Assembly: GCA_937889225.1 (NCBI GenBank)
Contig: CALAST010000079.1
Coordinates: 30,542-94,541 of the forward strand
From: an uncultured Lachnobacterium sp.
GTDB taxonomy: Bacteria > Bacillota > Clostridia > Lachnospirales > Lachnospiraceae
Reading direction: 5' to 3'
Length of the DNA: 64,000 bases
Notes under the pieces: model-generated
What the model was told of the DNA's origin: nothing
Seen by the model: the letters and a program-made list of their open reading frames with translations, nothing else
Databases searched by the model: none
In this document: one piece after another, positions 49,240-60,179 of the stretch
How positions within the stretch are numbered: the stretch's first letter is position 1
Layout: each line of letters begins with the position of its first letter
Made by a program: the position numbers and the translations under genes

Positions 49240-50697
49240 TTAGTTATATTCACCAAGGAGATAGTTGTATAATCCTTCATAACGGAATTTAGAAGCATTC
49301 CATGAGAAGTCTTTTGTCATACCTCTGTCAACAATCTGATTCCATTCATTTCTGTTATCATAGTAGATATGTTTTGCGTAGTTGATTACGTATAACATTT
49401 CATCTGCATTGTAGTTAGAGAATGAGAATCCATCACCTGTGTTATCAAATTCATTGTATGGAATAACAGTATCTTTTAATCCACCTGTTTCACGTACAAT
49501 CGGAACTGTACCATGACGGAAAGAGATTAACTGTGTAAGTCCACATGGCTCAAATCTGGATGGCATTAAGAATGCATCTGCAGCTGCGTATAATTTACGA
49601 GCTAATTCATCATTATAGCAGATGTTTGCAGAAACACGATCCGGATATTTCCAAGCATAGTGACGGAACATATTTTCATACTGTGGTTCACCTGTACCAA
49701 TAATTACGAACTGTGTATGTTCATCTACAATACCTTCCATTACGTAATTGATAAGGTCAAGACCTTTCTGGTCAGTCAGACGGGAAACAAGACCAATCAT
49801 GAATTTATTATTGTCTACTGTAAGACCAAGGTCTTTTTGTAATGCTTCTTTATTCTGTGATTTTTTCTGTCTCCAGTTTCCTTCATTGTAATTTACATAA
49901 AGTTTTGCATCAGTATCCGGATTATAGTTGCTGTAATCAATACCGTTTACGATACCCTGTAAGTCATAATGACGTGCAGAAAGTAATCCTTCTAATCCTT
50001 CACCATAAGCTTCTGTCTGAATTTCGTATGCATAAGTATCACTAACAGTTGTGATGTAATCAGCGTATACAAGACCGCCTTTTAACATGCTTGCATCTTT
50101 TTTGAATTCCAATTTATCCGGTGTGAATAAGGATTTATCAAAACCGGTAAGACCCTGCATCGTCTTAATATCCCAGATACCCTGGAATTTTAAGTTATGG
50201 ATAGTCATGATTGATTTAATTCCCCAGAAGAAAGAATCTCCCTGGAAATCTGTCTTTAAGAATACCGGAACAAAGCCTGTCTGCCAGTCATGGCAATGAA
50301 TGATATCAGGACGGAATCCGATAAGTGGTAACATAGAAAGAACTGCTTTATCAAAGAACGTAAATTTCTCGATATCACCACGAGTATCACCATAAGGAAC
50401 TACGCAGTTGAAATATTCCTGATTATCAATGAAGTAATATGTAATGCCTTCAAATTGGTATTGAAGAACACCTACATATTTGTTTGGAATATAAGTTCCG
50501 GAACCCATATAAAAATGAGTTACATATTCCATCTGATTGCGGAAATATTCCGGAATACAAGAATAGTTTGGAATTACGACTCTAACATCCCATTGTTCCT
50601 TATCAAATTCTTTTGGTAATGCACCACAAACGTCAGCGAGTCCGCCCGTTTTAATGAATGGAACACATTCTGAAGCTACGAAAAGTATTTTTTTCAT
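49240..50697 (-). CDS. glgA: Glycogen synthase
   Basis: KTGGLADV, HCHDWQ, SRFEPCGL, RETGGLKDTV. Confidence 0.96.
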   Translation of the reverse strand: MKKILFVASECVPFIKTGGLADVCGALPKEFDKEQWDVRVVIPNYSCIPEYFRNQMEYVTHFYMGSGTYIPNKYVGVLQYQFEGITYYFIDNQEYFNCVVPYGDTRGDIEKFTFFDKAVLSMLPLIGFRPDIIHCHDWQTGFVPVFLKTDFQGDSFFWGIKSIMTIHNLKFQGIWDIKTMQGLTGFDKSLFTPDKLEFKKDASMLKGGLVYADYITTVSDTYAYEIQTEAYGEGLEGLLSARHYDLQGIVNGIDYSNYNPDTDAKLYVNYNEGNWRQKKSQNKEALQKDLGLTVDNNKFMIGLVSRLTDQKGLDLINYVMEGIVDEHTQFVIIGTGEPQYENMFRHYAWKYPDRVSANICYNDELARKLYAAADAFLMPSRFEPCGLTQLISFRHGTVPIVRETGGLKDTVIPYNEFDNTGDGFSFSNYNADEMLYVINYAKHIYYDNRNEWNQIVDRGMTKDFSWNASKFRYEGLYNYLLGEYN

Positions 50698-50806
50698 ATT
50701 TAACCCCCTAATATTAATATTTTTGTCTTTGATTAACAATGAAATACATTATTGAGGTAAGTATAACATAATTAAATTAATTAAACAAGTTTTTAGAGAA
50801 TTTTAT

Positions 50807-51535
50807 TTATTCTTCCCAGTTGTGGTACACTTCCTGCACGTCGTCTTCTGCATCAAGCAAGTCTAAGATTTTGTTGATATTCTTCAAATCTGTTTCATCC
50901 GTTAAAGTAACATATGTCTGTGGAATCATGCTGACTTCTGCTGATGCCATAGTAATGTTTGCTTCTTCTAATGCTTTACGTACAGTTTCAAGTTCTGTAG
51001 GAACCGTTGTAATTTCAAAACTATCCTCTTCTTCTGAAAAATCTTCTGCACCTGCATCTAAAGCGAGCATCATTAAATCATCCGGGTCCATGTCACATTC
51101 TTCTTTATCAATAAGAATCTGTCCTTTTTCATCGAACATATAAGACACACATCCCTGTGTACCAATGCTTCCGTTTCCTTTTGTAAATGCATTTCTTACA
51201 TTGGAAGCAGTACGATTCTTATTATCTGTTAAACATTTTACAATGATGGCTGTTCCGCTTGGACCATAGCCTTCGTATGTAGCATATTCATAGTTTACAT
51301 TACTTCCTTCACCGGAGGCTTTTTTAATACCTCTTTCGATAGTATCGTTTGGCATATTGTTAGATTTTGCTTTTGCAATAATCTGTGCTAATTTATAGTT
51401 GTTTGTCGGGTCTGGTCCGCCTTCTTTTACTGCAACTGCGATTTCACGTCCAATGATAGTGAAAATCTTACCTTTTGCAGCATCGTTTTTTTCTTTTTTA
51501 TGTTTGATATTCGCAAATTTGGAATGTCCTGACAT
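50807..51535 (-). CDS. YebC/PmpR family protein
   Basis: MSGHSKFANIKHKK, YEGYGP, TDNKNRT, DDVQEVYHN. Confidence 0.95.
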   Translation of the reverse strand: MSGHSKFANIKHKKEKNDAAKGKIFTIIGREIAVAVKEGGPDPTNNYKLAQIIAKAKSNNMPNDTIERGIKKASGEGSNVNYEYATYEGYGPSGTAIIVKCLTDNKNRTASNVRNAFTKGNGSIGTQGCVSYMFDEKGQILIDKEECDMDPDDLMMLALDAGAEDFSEEEDSFEITTVPTELETVRKALEEANITMASAEVSMIPQTYVTLTDETDLKNINKILDLLDAEDDVQEVYHNWEE

Positions 51536-51610
51536 AATAATTCCTCTTTTCTAAATAGTTTTATATTTTAAAGTATTAGAGAATACTTTCATGCATATAT
51601 TTTAACGCTA

Positions 51611-52543
51611 TTAGGCTTCTTCTGCTTTCGTAATTCGAACCTGACGAATAATTCGATTTTCTACAGACTGAATTTCGAATGTATAACCAAGTGCTGTAAT
51701 GCTCTCCGTTTCACCATCATTTGGAATCTTTTCCAACAATGAAATCAAAAGTCCGTTTAAAGTTTCAAAAGCATCTTCTTCTACCGGAAGCGGAATGACT
51801 TCTAATACATCTCGAAGCTCTGTCAATCCATCTAATGTATAACTTCCATCCGATTCCATAGAAAGCACATCTTCTTCTTCATCATGCTCATCTTCAATAT
51901 TTCCTACAATTTCTTCCAGAATGTCTTCCATTGCCACAATGCCTGAAGTCTGTCCATATTCATCAATGACAACGCACAAATGATTCTTATCGGACTGCAT
52001 CTGTGTAAATAAAGTACCAATGCTGAGCGTTTCCGGAATAAAATCCACTGCACGGATTAATTTCGGAATATCCTTAATAGACGTACGGAAAAACTCATTT
52101 CGCTGACAGAAAGAAAAGGCATCCTTAATGTGCAATATACCAATAATATTATCAATATCCTCTAAATATACGGGTATACGTGAACGCCCTGTTTCTACAA
52201 TAAATGAAATTGCATCGTAGTAGCTTATCTCTCCATCAATTGCAGTAATGCTTTTACGGTGAGTCATAATATCTTTTGCTTCTTTTTCTCCAAATTCAAA
52301 AATATTATGAATCATCTCTGCTTCCGATGCAAGAAGAACGCCTTGTTCATGTCCTTCTTTTACCATGGAAATGATTTCTTCTTCCGTTACATCTTCTTCC
52401 GCACCATGCATAGCGTTTTTCATTTTTTTTGTTAAATCTTTGCGGAATAAAACTAATATTCCAATTACGACAATTAATAAAATCACAATAATTGCCATCA
52501 AACCCATGATTAAATAATAATAGGGGTCTGTAGTTTCGTTCAT
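51611..52543 (-). CDS. CBS/CorC-domain (hemolysin family) protein with a single TM
   Basis: SRIPVY, DEYGQTSGIVAMEDILEEIVG, CorC-like C-terminus. Confidence 0.85.
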   Translation of the reverse strand: MNETTDPYYYLIMGLMAIIVILLIVVIGILVLFRKDLTKKMKNAMHGAEEDVTEEEIISMVKEGHEQGVLLASEAEMIHNIFEFGEKEAKDIMTHRKSITAIDGEISYYDAISFIVETGRSRIPVYLEDIDNIIGILHIKDAFSFCQRNEFFRTSIKDIPKLIRAVDFIPETLSIGTLFTQMQSDKNHLCVVIDEYGQTSGIVAMEDILEEIVGNIEDEHDEEEDVLSMESDGSYTLDGLTELRDVLEVIPLPVEEDAFETLNGLLISLLEKIPNDGETESITALGYTFEIQSVENRIIRQVRITKAEEA

Positions 52544-52653
52544 TTTACTTCTCCTTTTGTTATAATATTGAATGTTGTATAAACAAACAATATCATAATA
52601 GCATGGAGCTGTATGTTTCGTCAAGTTATGGTTGCTACCGGAACAGTAATAAG

Positions 52654-52998
52654 CTATGTATACAGTTCCAGACTAATTCCCAACGCTTTGTCAATTTCCC
52701 GAAGCATTTGGTTATCCAAATGACAAACTTTATCTTTCAATCGTTTTTTATCAATAGTTCTGAGTTGCTCCAACAAAACCACCGAATCTTTTGCAAGGTC
52801 ATATTTTTCACTATCTAACTCTACATGGGTAGGAAGTTTCGCTTTGTGCATCTGCGATGTAATAGCAGCACAAATTACAGTCGGACTGTGGCGGTTTCCC
52901 ACATCGTTTTGTACAATCAGTACCGGACGGATACCGCCTTGCTCCGAACCTACTACCGGACGTAAATCAGCATAATAAATATCGCCTCTCAAAATCAT
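52654..52998 (-). CDS. mazF: PemK/MazF family endoribonuclease (EndoA-like)
   Basis: [40 protein letters not shown]. Confidence 0.93.
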   Translation of the reverse strand: MILRGDIYYADLRPVVGSEQGGIRPVLIVQNDVGNRHSPTVICAAITSQMHKAKLPTHVELDSEKYDLAKDSVVLLEQLRTIDKKRLKDKVCHLDNQMLREIDKALGISLELYT

Positions 52999-53096
52999 AT
53001 TCTGTCACACTCCGTTTACTTGGTATAACAGTATTATCTCCAAGTTTTTCGAAGATATTCAAAGCGAAGTATAACTTTGGTCACAATATATCATTG

Positions 53097-54242
53097 TTAT
53101 TGTTCATCTGAAACATAACAATATACTCTTGGAACACGCGGTGTAATCAAACAGGCAAATTCATAATTAAAGCGACCGGAAATTTCACCTAATTCTTCCA
53201 TGGTGATAACTTCATCTTTATCTTTTCCTAAAAGGGTTACTTCATCACCTTGCATAACGCCTTTGATATGGGTTACATCTACCATAAACTGATCCATGCA
53301 TACCCTTCCGCAAATAGGTGCTTTTTGACCGCGAATCAACACGTATCCTGCATTGGAAAGCCCTCTTGCATATCCATCGCCATATCCGACAGGAATGGTT
53401 GCAATCAGCTTCTTAGAAGGTGTTACGTAAGTTCCACCATAACTGATGCTTCTTCCGGCTTCCAGTTCTTTCAAAAATGAAATTCTGCTCTTTAATGACA
53501 TAACCGGTTTCAATTCTATATTTTCTTTTTTTACTTCGTCAGACGGCCACAAACCATATAAAATGATACCGGCTCTTACCATATTCATGTTTGCACCCGG
53601 AACATCTACAATGCCTGCACTATTCGAACAATGCTTAAATGGAATATCAATTCCTCGTTCTTCCAGCATTTGACACATTTTACGGAATAATCCAATCTGT
53701 TCAAATGTTGCAGTTTTATCAGATTCATCTGCTTTGGCAAAATGAGTGAAAATCCCTTCAATGCAGATATTCGGTAAAACAGAAATCTGCTCTATCACTT
53801 TGACGGTTTCTTCATTTACCTGAAAGCCAATCCTGCTCATACCCGTATCTATTTTTATATGAATATGACAATTTTTCTTTTTTGCTACTGCCAATTTCGA
53901 TAATGTGAGTGCTGTTTCCAAATCACAAACACAAGAACGAATATCGTGTTCGATGATAGTTTCATACTGTTCATCAAAACTAACACCCAAAACCAAAATT
54001 GGTTTTTTTCTGCCGTCATCTATCAGACGTTTTGCCTCATCTACTGTTGCAACTCCATACCCCCAAAGATATGAAACATCTTCAATCGCCTCTGCAATTG
54101 GAAGTGCACCATGTCCATAAGCGTCTGTTTTGATAATTGCAAGTACCTTTGTATTTTCTTGAATTGTTTTATGAATTGATTCTAAATTGGATAATACTGC
54201 AGATAAATTGATTCCTGCATATACTCTACTGGTTTCCATCAT
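53097..54242 (-). CDS. alr: Alanine racemase
   Basis: KTDAYGHG, KIDTGMSRIG, VGYGDG, GRVCMDQ. Confidence 0.96.
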   Translation of the reverse strand: MMETSRVYAGINLSAVLSNLESIHKTIQENTKVLAIIKTDAYGHGALPIAEAIEDVSYLWGYGVATVDEAKRLIDDGRKKPILVLGVSFDEQYETIIEHDIRSCVCDLETALTLSKLAVAKKKNCHIHIKIDTGMSRIGFQVNEETVKVIEQISVLPNICIEGIFTHFAKADESDKTATFEQIGLFRKMCQMLEERGIDIPFKHCSNSAGIVDVPGANMNMVRAGIILYGLWPSDEVKKENIELKPVMSLKSRISFLKELEAGRSISYGGTYVTPSKKLIATIPVGYGDGYARGLSNAGYVLIRGQKAPICGRVCMDQFMVDVTHIKGVMQGDEVTLLGKDKDEVITMEELGEISGRFNYEFACLITPRVPRVYCYVSDEQ

Positions 54243-55872
54243 GCTCCACCTTATTCCAAATTTCTTTTAATCCTTCTATAATATCCTGTGCACACATGCC
54301 GTGTGTACCTGTTTTTTTTGCTGCCATATCACCGGCTAATCCATGTAAAAATACACCATATGCCGCAGCTAATTCTTTTTTCATGCCTTGTGCAAGAAAT
54401 GTACCGATAATACCAGTAAGCACATCTCCGCTTCCAGCCGTAGCCATGCCGTTATTTCCTGACAGATTCAAATAAATCGGCATTTCTTCATCAGCAATTA
54501 TTGTTCGAAAGTCTTTTAAGACACAAGTTATGTGATATTGTTTTGCAAAATTGATTGCTGTTTCTATGAAACTTTCCTGTATTTGTGATACTGTTTTTCC
54601 GGTTAATCTTACCATTTCGCCAAGATGTGGAGTGATAATTGTTTGTGCCGGAAAGAAAGGTAATTGTCCTATCATCTTTGATTCTGCATTTTGTGAGCTT
54701 TCCGATAAAATATTTTTTGACAAAATATTTAATGCATCCGCATCCAAAAGAAGTGGTACACGGATGTTTCGAATAACCTCATACACCAATTTTTCAGAAT
54801 AAGATGAAGTTCCGATTCCCGGACCAAGAACAACAGCATCTGCCCATTCTAAATGTTCTTGTAAATCTTCATATCCGAATAATGATTCTCCGGTTTTAAT
54901 GTCTTTTAAATATTTTGCTTCGCAATCATTCATTTGAGAATGGATTTTATTATTACATTTCGTTTCTTCATATGTAGCAAGAATTGCTTCGGGAACAGCA
55001 GTCTGCAAAATAATGCGATTTTCTTCTCTTGTATAAATTTTTACTAATCCTGCTCCTGTCCGATATGCAGCCTCTGCCGCAAGAATTGCCGCTCCTGCCA
55101 TATTTTTTGTTCCGGCAATAATCAAAAGTTTGCCATATGTTCCTTTATTGGAGTGTTCAGGTCGTTTCGGCAATTTATATAAATCAGATAATTCCAAAGC
55201 AGCAGCTAATGGTTTTTGGTTCAACCAGCTTTTTGCAGTAATGCCAATAGGGGTACAAATAAGTTTTCCCGTATATTCATTTCCCGGCCATAAGAAATGT
55301 CCGATTTTTTCAAAGGAAAATGTAATCGTATAATCACAAGATACAGCTGCACCAAGCTGTTTGCCATTATCCGAGCAAATTCCACTTGGGATATCGACTG
55401 CCAATTTTATCCCGGAAAGGTGATTGATATCCTCGATTACTTGAATATATTCAGAGCTCAAGCTGCGTGATAAACCGGTTCCAAATATCGCATCAATAAC
55501 AAAATCATAAGAAGATGCAAAAATTTTTTCCATAGAATCTGCGACAGGAAAACAATACGTATCATATATATTTTTCTGAACAGAACATAATTCTGAATAT
55601 CTTGCAGAGATTCTATAACTTTTTGGAACATAGCAAACTTCTGTATGTATGCCCTGCTCATTCAAAAGACGTGCAATCGCAATTCCATCTCCTCCATTAT
55701 TACCTGAACCACAAAATACAATTCCATTTTTACATGGCAGATTCAATGCTAAGAATTCACGCACAAATCCTATTGCTGCTTGTTCCATCAGCACAACTCC
55801 CGGTACATGGAAATAATCAGATGTATTATTATCCAGAAGTTTCATTTCCATTCCTGTTACTAAATATTTCAC
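54226..55872 (-). CDS. nnr: Bifunctional NAD(P)H-hydrate epimerase/dehydratase
   Basis: GSGNNGGDG, DAIFGTG, DIPSG, GPGIG, DADAL, TPHLGE, AGSGDVLTG. Confidence 0.93.
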   Translation of the reverse strand: MKYLVTGMEMKLLDNNTSDYFHVPGVVLMEQAAIGFVREFLALNLPCKNGIVFCGSGNNGGDGIAIARLLNEQGIHTEVCYVPKSYRISARYSELCSVQKNIYDTYCFPVADSMEKIFASSYDFVIDAIFGTGLSRSLSSEYIQVIEDINHLSGIKLAVDIPSGICSDNGKQLGAAVSCDYTITFSFEKIGHFLWPGNEYTGKLICTPIGITAKSWLNQKPLAAALELSDLYKLPKRPEHSNKGTYGKLLIIAGTKNMAGAAILAAEAAYRTGAGLVKIYTREENRIILQTAVPEAILATYEETKCNNKIHSQMNDCEAKYLKDIKTGESLFGYEDLQEHLEWADAVVLGPGIGTSSYSEKLVYEVIRNIRVPLLLDADALNILSKNILSESSQNAESKMIGQLPFFPAQTIITPHLGEMVRLTGKTVSQIQESFIETAINFAKQYHITCVLKDFRTIIADEEMPIYLNLSGNNGMATAGSGDVLTGIIGTFLAQGMKKELAAAYGVFLHGLAGDMAAKKTGTHGMCAQDIIEGLKEIWNKVEHDGNQ

Positions 55873-56489
55873 GATGTTTCCTTGCCTTCTTTTTCTTTCT
55901 CTTCTTCTTCAAATTTAATATCAAATAAATCAATTACCTCTGCACCAAATACAGCATGCAAATAGGCATACATTTCACGGTTGTTGATATCACAGTTTTG
56001 TTTGCGAATAATATTTCGTTTTAACTCAATACGCATCTCCTTAATTAATTCCTCAAGTTCCTGTGACCTATCTCTATTGATACGTATCTTTTCATAGAAA
56101 TATTCCATGCTGCGTATCATAAGTTCGGTATTTGCGGAATTGATTTGATAAGGGATATCCATAAGTTCATCTTCACATTCATCCAGTTTCTGATTCACTT
56201 CATTTACTAACCGTTTATTTTCTTCAAGTTTTCGTTCTCTTTCTTCAATGCTATCATCCATATTTTGAACAATACCATCTAACAACTGTCCTTTTAGGCG
56301 TTTCAAATCTTTGAGATAATTGTTTAGCTTACCCTGTTTTGCCAAAAGTAAATTGACTTCTTTTTCTAATTCTTTTATCTCAGCGGTTTTTCCATGAACT
56401 GCAAATAATCGATGCCACTTCTGGTCTAATACCAACGGTGCCATTTTTTTATCTGCTAACGCCTTTCGAAATCTTTGCTCTTTTTCCAT
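55869..56489 (-). CDS. Conserved coiled-coil hypothetical protein
   Basis: LVLDQKWH..F N-terminus, heptad-rich; RBS GGAGG. Confidence 0.7.
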   Translation of the reverse strand: MEKEQRFRKALADKKMAPLVLDQKWHRLFAVHGKTAEIKELEKEVNLLLAKQGKLNNYLKDLKRLKGQLLDGIVQNMDDSIEERERKLEENKRLVNEVNQKLDECEDELMDIPYQINSANTELMIRSMEYFYEKIRINRDRSQELEELIKEMRIELKRNIIRKQNCDINNREMYAYLHAVFGAEVIDLFDIKFEEEEKEKEGKETS

Positions 56490-56504
56490 AAACCCCCTCC
56501 GGAC

Positions 56505-57140
56505 TTATTCATTTGACTGTTTTACAATATTGTATGATAGCTGCATCAGGCTGTCTGATAAATGCACATTTTCCACAACCACATCACTATTATCCAAATT
56601 TAAATCCACGTGAGCAAAGTTCCAGATTGCATGAATTCCTAAGTCCACGATATGTTGTGCAATTTTTTTTGCGTTTTCTTTTGGCAAAGTAAGTGCTGCG
56701 ATATCTACCTTGTGGTATTTACAGTATTCTTCCAATTCATCCATCATATGAATTTCTGCATTGCAGATTCTTTTCCCTTTTAATTCCGAATTAATATCAA
56801 ATAATGCAGTAACGATAAAACCAAGCCTTTTAAACTTTGGATAATTTGCCAATGCCTGCCCCATATTTCCCGCACCAATGATAATAATATTGTGTTCTCT
56901 ATCCAAACCTAATATTTTACCAATTTCGTCATATAAATAAGACACATTATAACCATATCCCTGCTGTCCAAATCCGCCAAAATTATTTAAATCCTGACGT
57001 ATTTGAGAAGCAGTTACTTTCATTAAGGCACTAAGATCGTTGGACGAAATACGCTCAACTCCCTCATCCAGCAAATCGCCCAAATAACGGTAATATCTAG
57101 GCATACGCCGAATAACAGCCTGCGAAATTTCTTTTCCCAA
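56505..57140 (-). CDS. rex: Redox-sensing transcriptional repressor Rex
   Basis: RRMPRYYR, SQIRQDL..FG.FG..GYGY, GAGNMG, IWNFA. Confidence 0.96.
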   Translation of the reverse strand: MGKEISQAVIRRMPRYYRYLGDLLDEGVERISSNDLSALMKVTASQIRQDLNNFGGFGQQGYGYNVSYLYDEIGKILGLDREHNIIIIGAGNMGQALANYPKFKRLGFIVTALFDINSELKGKRICNAEIHMMDELEEYCKYHKVDIAALTLPKENAKKIAQHIVDLGIHAIWNFAHVDLNLDNSDVVVENVHLSDSLMQLSYNIVKQSNE

Positions 57141-57238
57141 TTCTTTGTCCTCCCCCTATATTTTTGCTGATTTATATCATTCTACGAAACGTTAGTCAAG
57201 TGAATATTCGCAATCCGATTCACTACTTTCTATGTATT

Positions 57239-58450
57239 TTAACCTAACGCAGCAGATAAATTCTTACGAATTTCTTTAATAAATCCTTCACTGGACAATA
57301 CTGTTACATCTTCTAAGGAAGTGATAAGGGCTAAGTCTTTTGTCATTTTTCCGCTTTCGATTGTGCTAAGACAAGCCTTTTCCAAAGCATCTGCAAAATC
57401 ACAAAGTCCCTGAATACCATCTAATTCGCCTCTTTTTCTAAGAGCACCTGTCCACGCAAAAATAGTTGCAACAGAGTTTGTAGAGGTTTCTTCGCCCTTT
57501 AAGTGTTTGTAATAATGTCTCTGAACCGTTCCATGAGCTGCTTCATATTCATAGTATCCTTCCGGAGATACAAGCACGGAAGTCATCATTGCAAGAGAAC
57601 CAAATGCAGAAGAAATCATATCGCTCATAACGTCTCCATCATAATTCTTGCAAGCCCAGATATATCCGCCTTTTGATTTCATTACACGAGCAACCGCATC
57701 ATCAATTAAAGTATAGAAGTAAGTAATGCCTGCTTCTTCGAATTTTTCTTTATATTCTGCATCAAAAATTTCCTGAAAGATATCTTTGAAGCTGTGGTCA
57801 TATTTTTTGGAAATCGTATCTTTGGTTGCAAACCATAAATCCTGTTTTGTATCTAACGCATATTTGAAACAACTGTGTGCAAAACTTTCAATAGAATTGC
57901 ATAAATTATGCTGTCCCTGTACCATTCCGGCACCTGTAAAGTTATGCACTAATTCTCTTATTTCTGTTCCATCTTCTGCTGTATAAACCAATTCTACTTT
58001 TCCGGCAGCAGGTATTTTCATTTCGGAAGCCTTATAAACGTCACCATATGCATGTCTTGCAATTGTGATTGGTTTTTCCCATGTTTTTACATTTGGCTCA
58101 ATGCCTTTTACAATGATTGGTGCACGGAAAACCGTTCCATCTAAAATAGCACGAATTGTTCCATTCGGGCTTTTCCACATTTCTTTTAAGTTATATTCTT
58201 CTACGCGAGCAGCATTAGGCGTAATGGTAGCACATTTTACAGCTACTCCATATTTTTTCGTAGCATTTGCAGAATCAATTGTAACTTGGTCATTTGTACG
58301 GTTACGTTCTTCTAATCCCAAATCATAATACTCTGTTTTTAAGTCCACAAAAGGACAAATCAATTCATCTTTAATCATTTTCCAAAGGATGCGTGTCATT
58401 TCATCTCCATCCATTTCTACCAATGGAGTCGTCATCTTAATTTTTTCCAT
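57239..58450 (-). CDS. icd: NADP-dependent isocitrate dehydrogenase
   Basis: [40 protein letters not shown]. Confidence 0.96.
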   Translation of the reverse strand: MEKIKMTTPLVEMDGDEMTRILWKMIKDELICPFVDLKTEYYDLGLEERNRTNDQVTIDSANATKKYGVAVKCATITPNAARVEEYNLKEMWKSPNGTIRAILDGTVFRAPIIVKGIEPNVKTWEKPITIARHAYGDVYKASEMKIPAAGKVELVYTAEDGTEIRELVHNFTGAGMVQGQHNLCNSIESFAHSCFKYALDTKQDLWFATKDTISKKYDHSFKDIFQEIFDAEYKEKFEEAGITYFYTLIDDAVARVMKSKGGYIWACKNYDGDVMSDMISSAFGSLAMMTSVLVSPEGYYEYEAAHGTVQRHYYKHLKGEETSTNSVATIFAWTGALRKRGELDGIQGLCDFADALEKACLSTIESGKMTKDLALITSLEDVTVLSSEGFIKEIRKNLSAALG

Positions 58451-58547
58451 ATCTATATTCCTTTCAATTAAAACTTATGATTACTTAAATATTAATCTTT
58501 TGTACTTATAAAGTCAATGTTTTTAAAAATACATAAAGAATTTTGGA

Positions 58548-58574
58548 ACCATTTTTTTACATTTTCATAGTCTA
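58548..58574 (+). promoter_or_regulatory. Putative sigmaK-type promoter
   Basis: AC-N16-CATAGTCTA upstream of the Cys-rich small gene. Confidence 0.45.
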
Positions 58575-58604
58575 TACTGTAAAATAAATTATTTGGAGGT
58601 CACT

Positions 58605-58841
58605 ATGAGTGATTTAGCTGCAACAAACTGTGGATGTGGATGTAACAACGGAGGAAACAATTCAATCATCTGGATTATCTTGTTATTATGCTGCTGTGGC
58701 AACGGCAACGATAGCGGTTTATTTAACTGGGGCAACAACAATGGCTGTGGCGACAATAACAACTGTATCTGGATTATCCTTCTTCTTCTGTTCTGTGGCG
58801 GCGGCTGTGGATGTGGCTGTGGCAACAACAGTATGTGCTAA
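58605..58841 (+). CDS. Small Cys/Gly/Asn-rich protein, probably spore-associated
   Basis: RBS GGAGG; MSDLAATNCGCGC... with a duplicated IWIILLL segment. Confidence 0.75.
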   Translation: MSDLAATNCGCGCNNGGNNSIIWIILLLCCCGNGNDSGLFNWGNNNGCGDNNNCIWIILLLLFCGGGCGCGCGNNSMC

Positions 58842-58912
58842 TTTGACAAAAAAGGGGCATTCTCTCGCTTTAAATGCTAGAGCATTAAGATAGAAGGAAT
58901 GCTGATATAGTA

Positions 58913-58953
58913 AAGTGCTGCCGCACTATTAAATAGTGTGGCAGCACTTCTTT
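58913..58953 (+). terminator. Intrinsic terminator
   Basis: aagtgctgccgcactatt...aatagtgtggcagcactt hairpin followed by cttt. Confidence 0.65.
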
Positions 58954-59130
58954 GACCCAAAATAAGAAGTCCTCACATCAATGATTACATAAATTTTTGA
59001 TATGAGGACTTTCTTATTTTTCAGTGCTTAAGTTAAGCAGTAAAGTATATGCTCAAAATCCGCTTTTCAATGGCTCTCGCTTTACGGATAGATAAAGCTT
59101 CGTATTCACCTACAGCCTTATGGAATTAGT

Positions 59131-59289
59131 TCACTTTATAGTAGATTTCTTTTTAATGTCTCTATCTTTTTTACAAGGAGTCTCTTGCAGATATTTTTTT
59201 ATATCACAGCTTTCCGGCAGTCTTTTTCTCTTTGCACAATCTTCATCAATTTCAAATACACTAGTTCCATCTATAATTAACTTTCCCAT
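59131..59289 (-). CDS. 52-aa hypothetical protein (not in ORF track)
   Basis: RBS AAAGGA; MGKLIIDGTSVFEIDEDCAKRKRLPESCDIKKYLQETPCKKDRDIKKKSTIK*. Confidence 0.55.
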   Translation of the reverse strand: MGKLIIDGTSVFEIDEDCAKRKRLPESCDIKKYLQETPCKKDRDIKKKSTIK

Positions 59290-59377
59290 TTTGTTCCTTT
59301 CTCTTTATATTTTCTATAATAAATAATATATGCACAAACGAATCTAATTGCGTTCGTCTGTGCATATAAGATAAAAA

Positions 59378-59656
59378 TTATAGATTTTTTCCCATCATGG
59401 ACATAATTTTCTTGACTTTATTTTTTTCTTCTTCCGAGAAATCTTTTGTGAGAATTTCTGCAATTAATCGGATTTCCGCATCTGAAAAATGAATATTTTG
59501 CTTTTTCGCCTGATTCATATTTGCAATCAGAAACGGCATTGCCTGATTAAGGCTTGCCGGTTTTTCCTTTCCGGCAAAATTCATTAAAAATTGCAGCTTT
59601 AATGGGTCCATTCCGTTTAAAAGCGGATTTCCTTTCAAAAAATCTTCCAAATTCAA
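59378..59656 (-). CDS. Hypothetical protein
   Basis: RBS AGGAGG; MDPLKLQFL...AMPFL pattern. Confidence 0.65.
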   Translation of the reverse strand: MNLEDFLKGNPLLNGMDPLKLQFLMNFAGKEKPASLNQAMPFLIANMNQAKKQNIHFSDAEIRLIAEILTKDFSEEEKNKVKKIMSMMGKNL

Positions 59657-59669
59657 TACCTCCTAATAG

Positions 59670-59996
59670 TTATATAAATGATTCATAATTCTCTATCACA
59701 TTTATTATATTAAGGATATTGTCAATTGTTTCCCGTTCTTTTGGTGTACAAAAACGTCGCATGGTTTGCAACATAGCATTCCTACGGTCACTTTCATTTG
59801 TAAAAGATGCCGCAGACAATACATCCGTATTATTTTGAAACATCTTCATTGTATTTCGAAATGCTATGTATTGAATTAACATCGCAAGAGACATTTGGTT
59901 TTTTGGGCTTACAAACGGAAGCATTGATTTTAACATCTGTAATTCTCTGGTCTGGACATGCTCATCGTATTCCGTTAGATATAATTCTTGTTCCAT
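59670..59996 (-). CDS. Hypothetical protein
   Basis: LQMLKSMLPF pattern; co-oriented with the 59378 ORF. Confidence 0.65.
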   Translation of the reverse strand: MEQELYLTEYDEHVQTRELQMLKSMLPFVSPKNQMSLAMLIQYIAFRNTMKMFQNNTDVLSAASFTNESDRRNAMLQTMRRFCTPKERETIDNILNIINVIENYESFI

Positions 59997-60179
59997 ATAA
60001 AACTCTTTTTTGTTTCATTTTATGAGAGATAGATAAAAATATGATTAAAAAATTTTATTGATTATTTTTTTGTGTAGAACGAGGATTTGTGGTTTTGTTA
60101 TTTATATTATTTATACTATGACTTTTGCAAATAAGATAGTAACTAAAAGAGCTTTTTAATTTAATTTCATTTCATTCCA

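Noticed and set aside
58589..58893. Pro/Gln-rich antisense ORF and Thr/Ala-rich alternative-frame ORF
   Set aside because: Shadows of the low-complexity Cys/Gly/Asn gene, which has the RBS.
58850..59030. Stacked hairpins as a possible ncRNA or CRISPR-like repeat
   Set aside because: No repeat-spacer periodicity; adequately explained as terminators for convergent genes.
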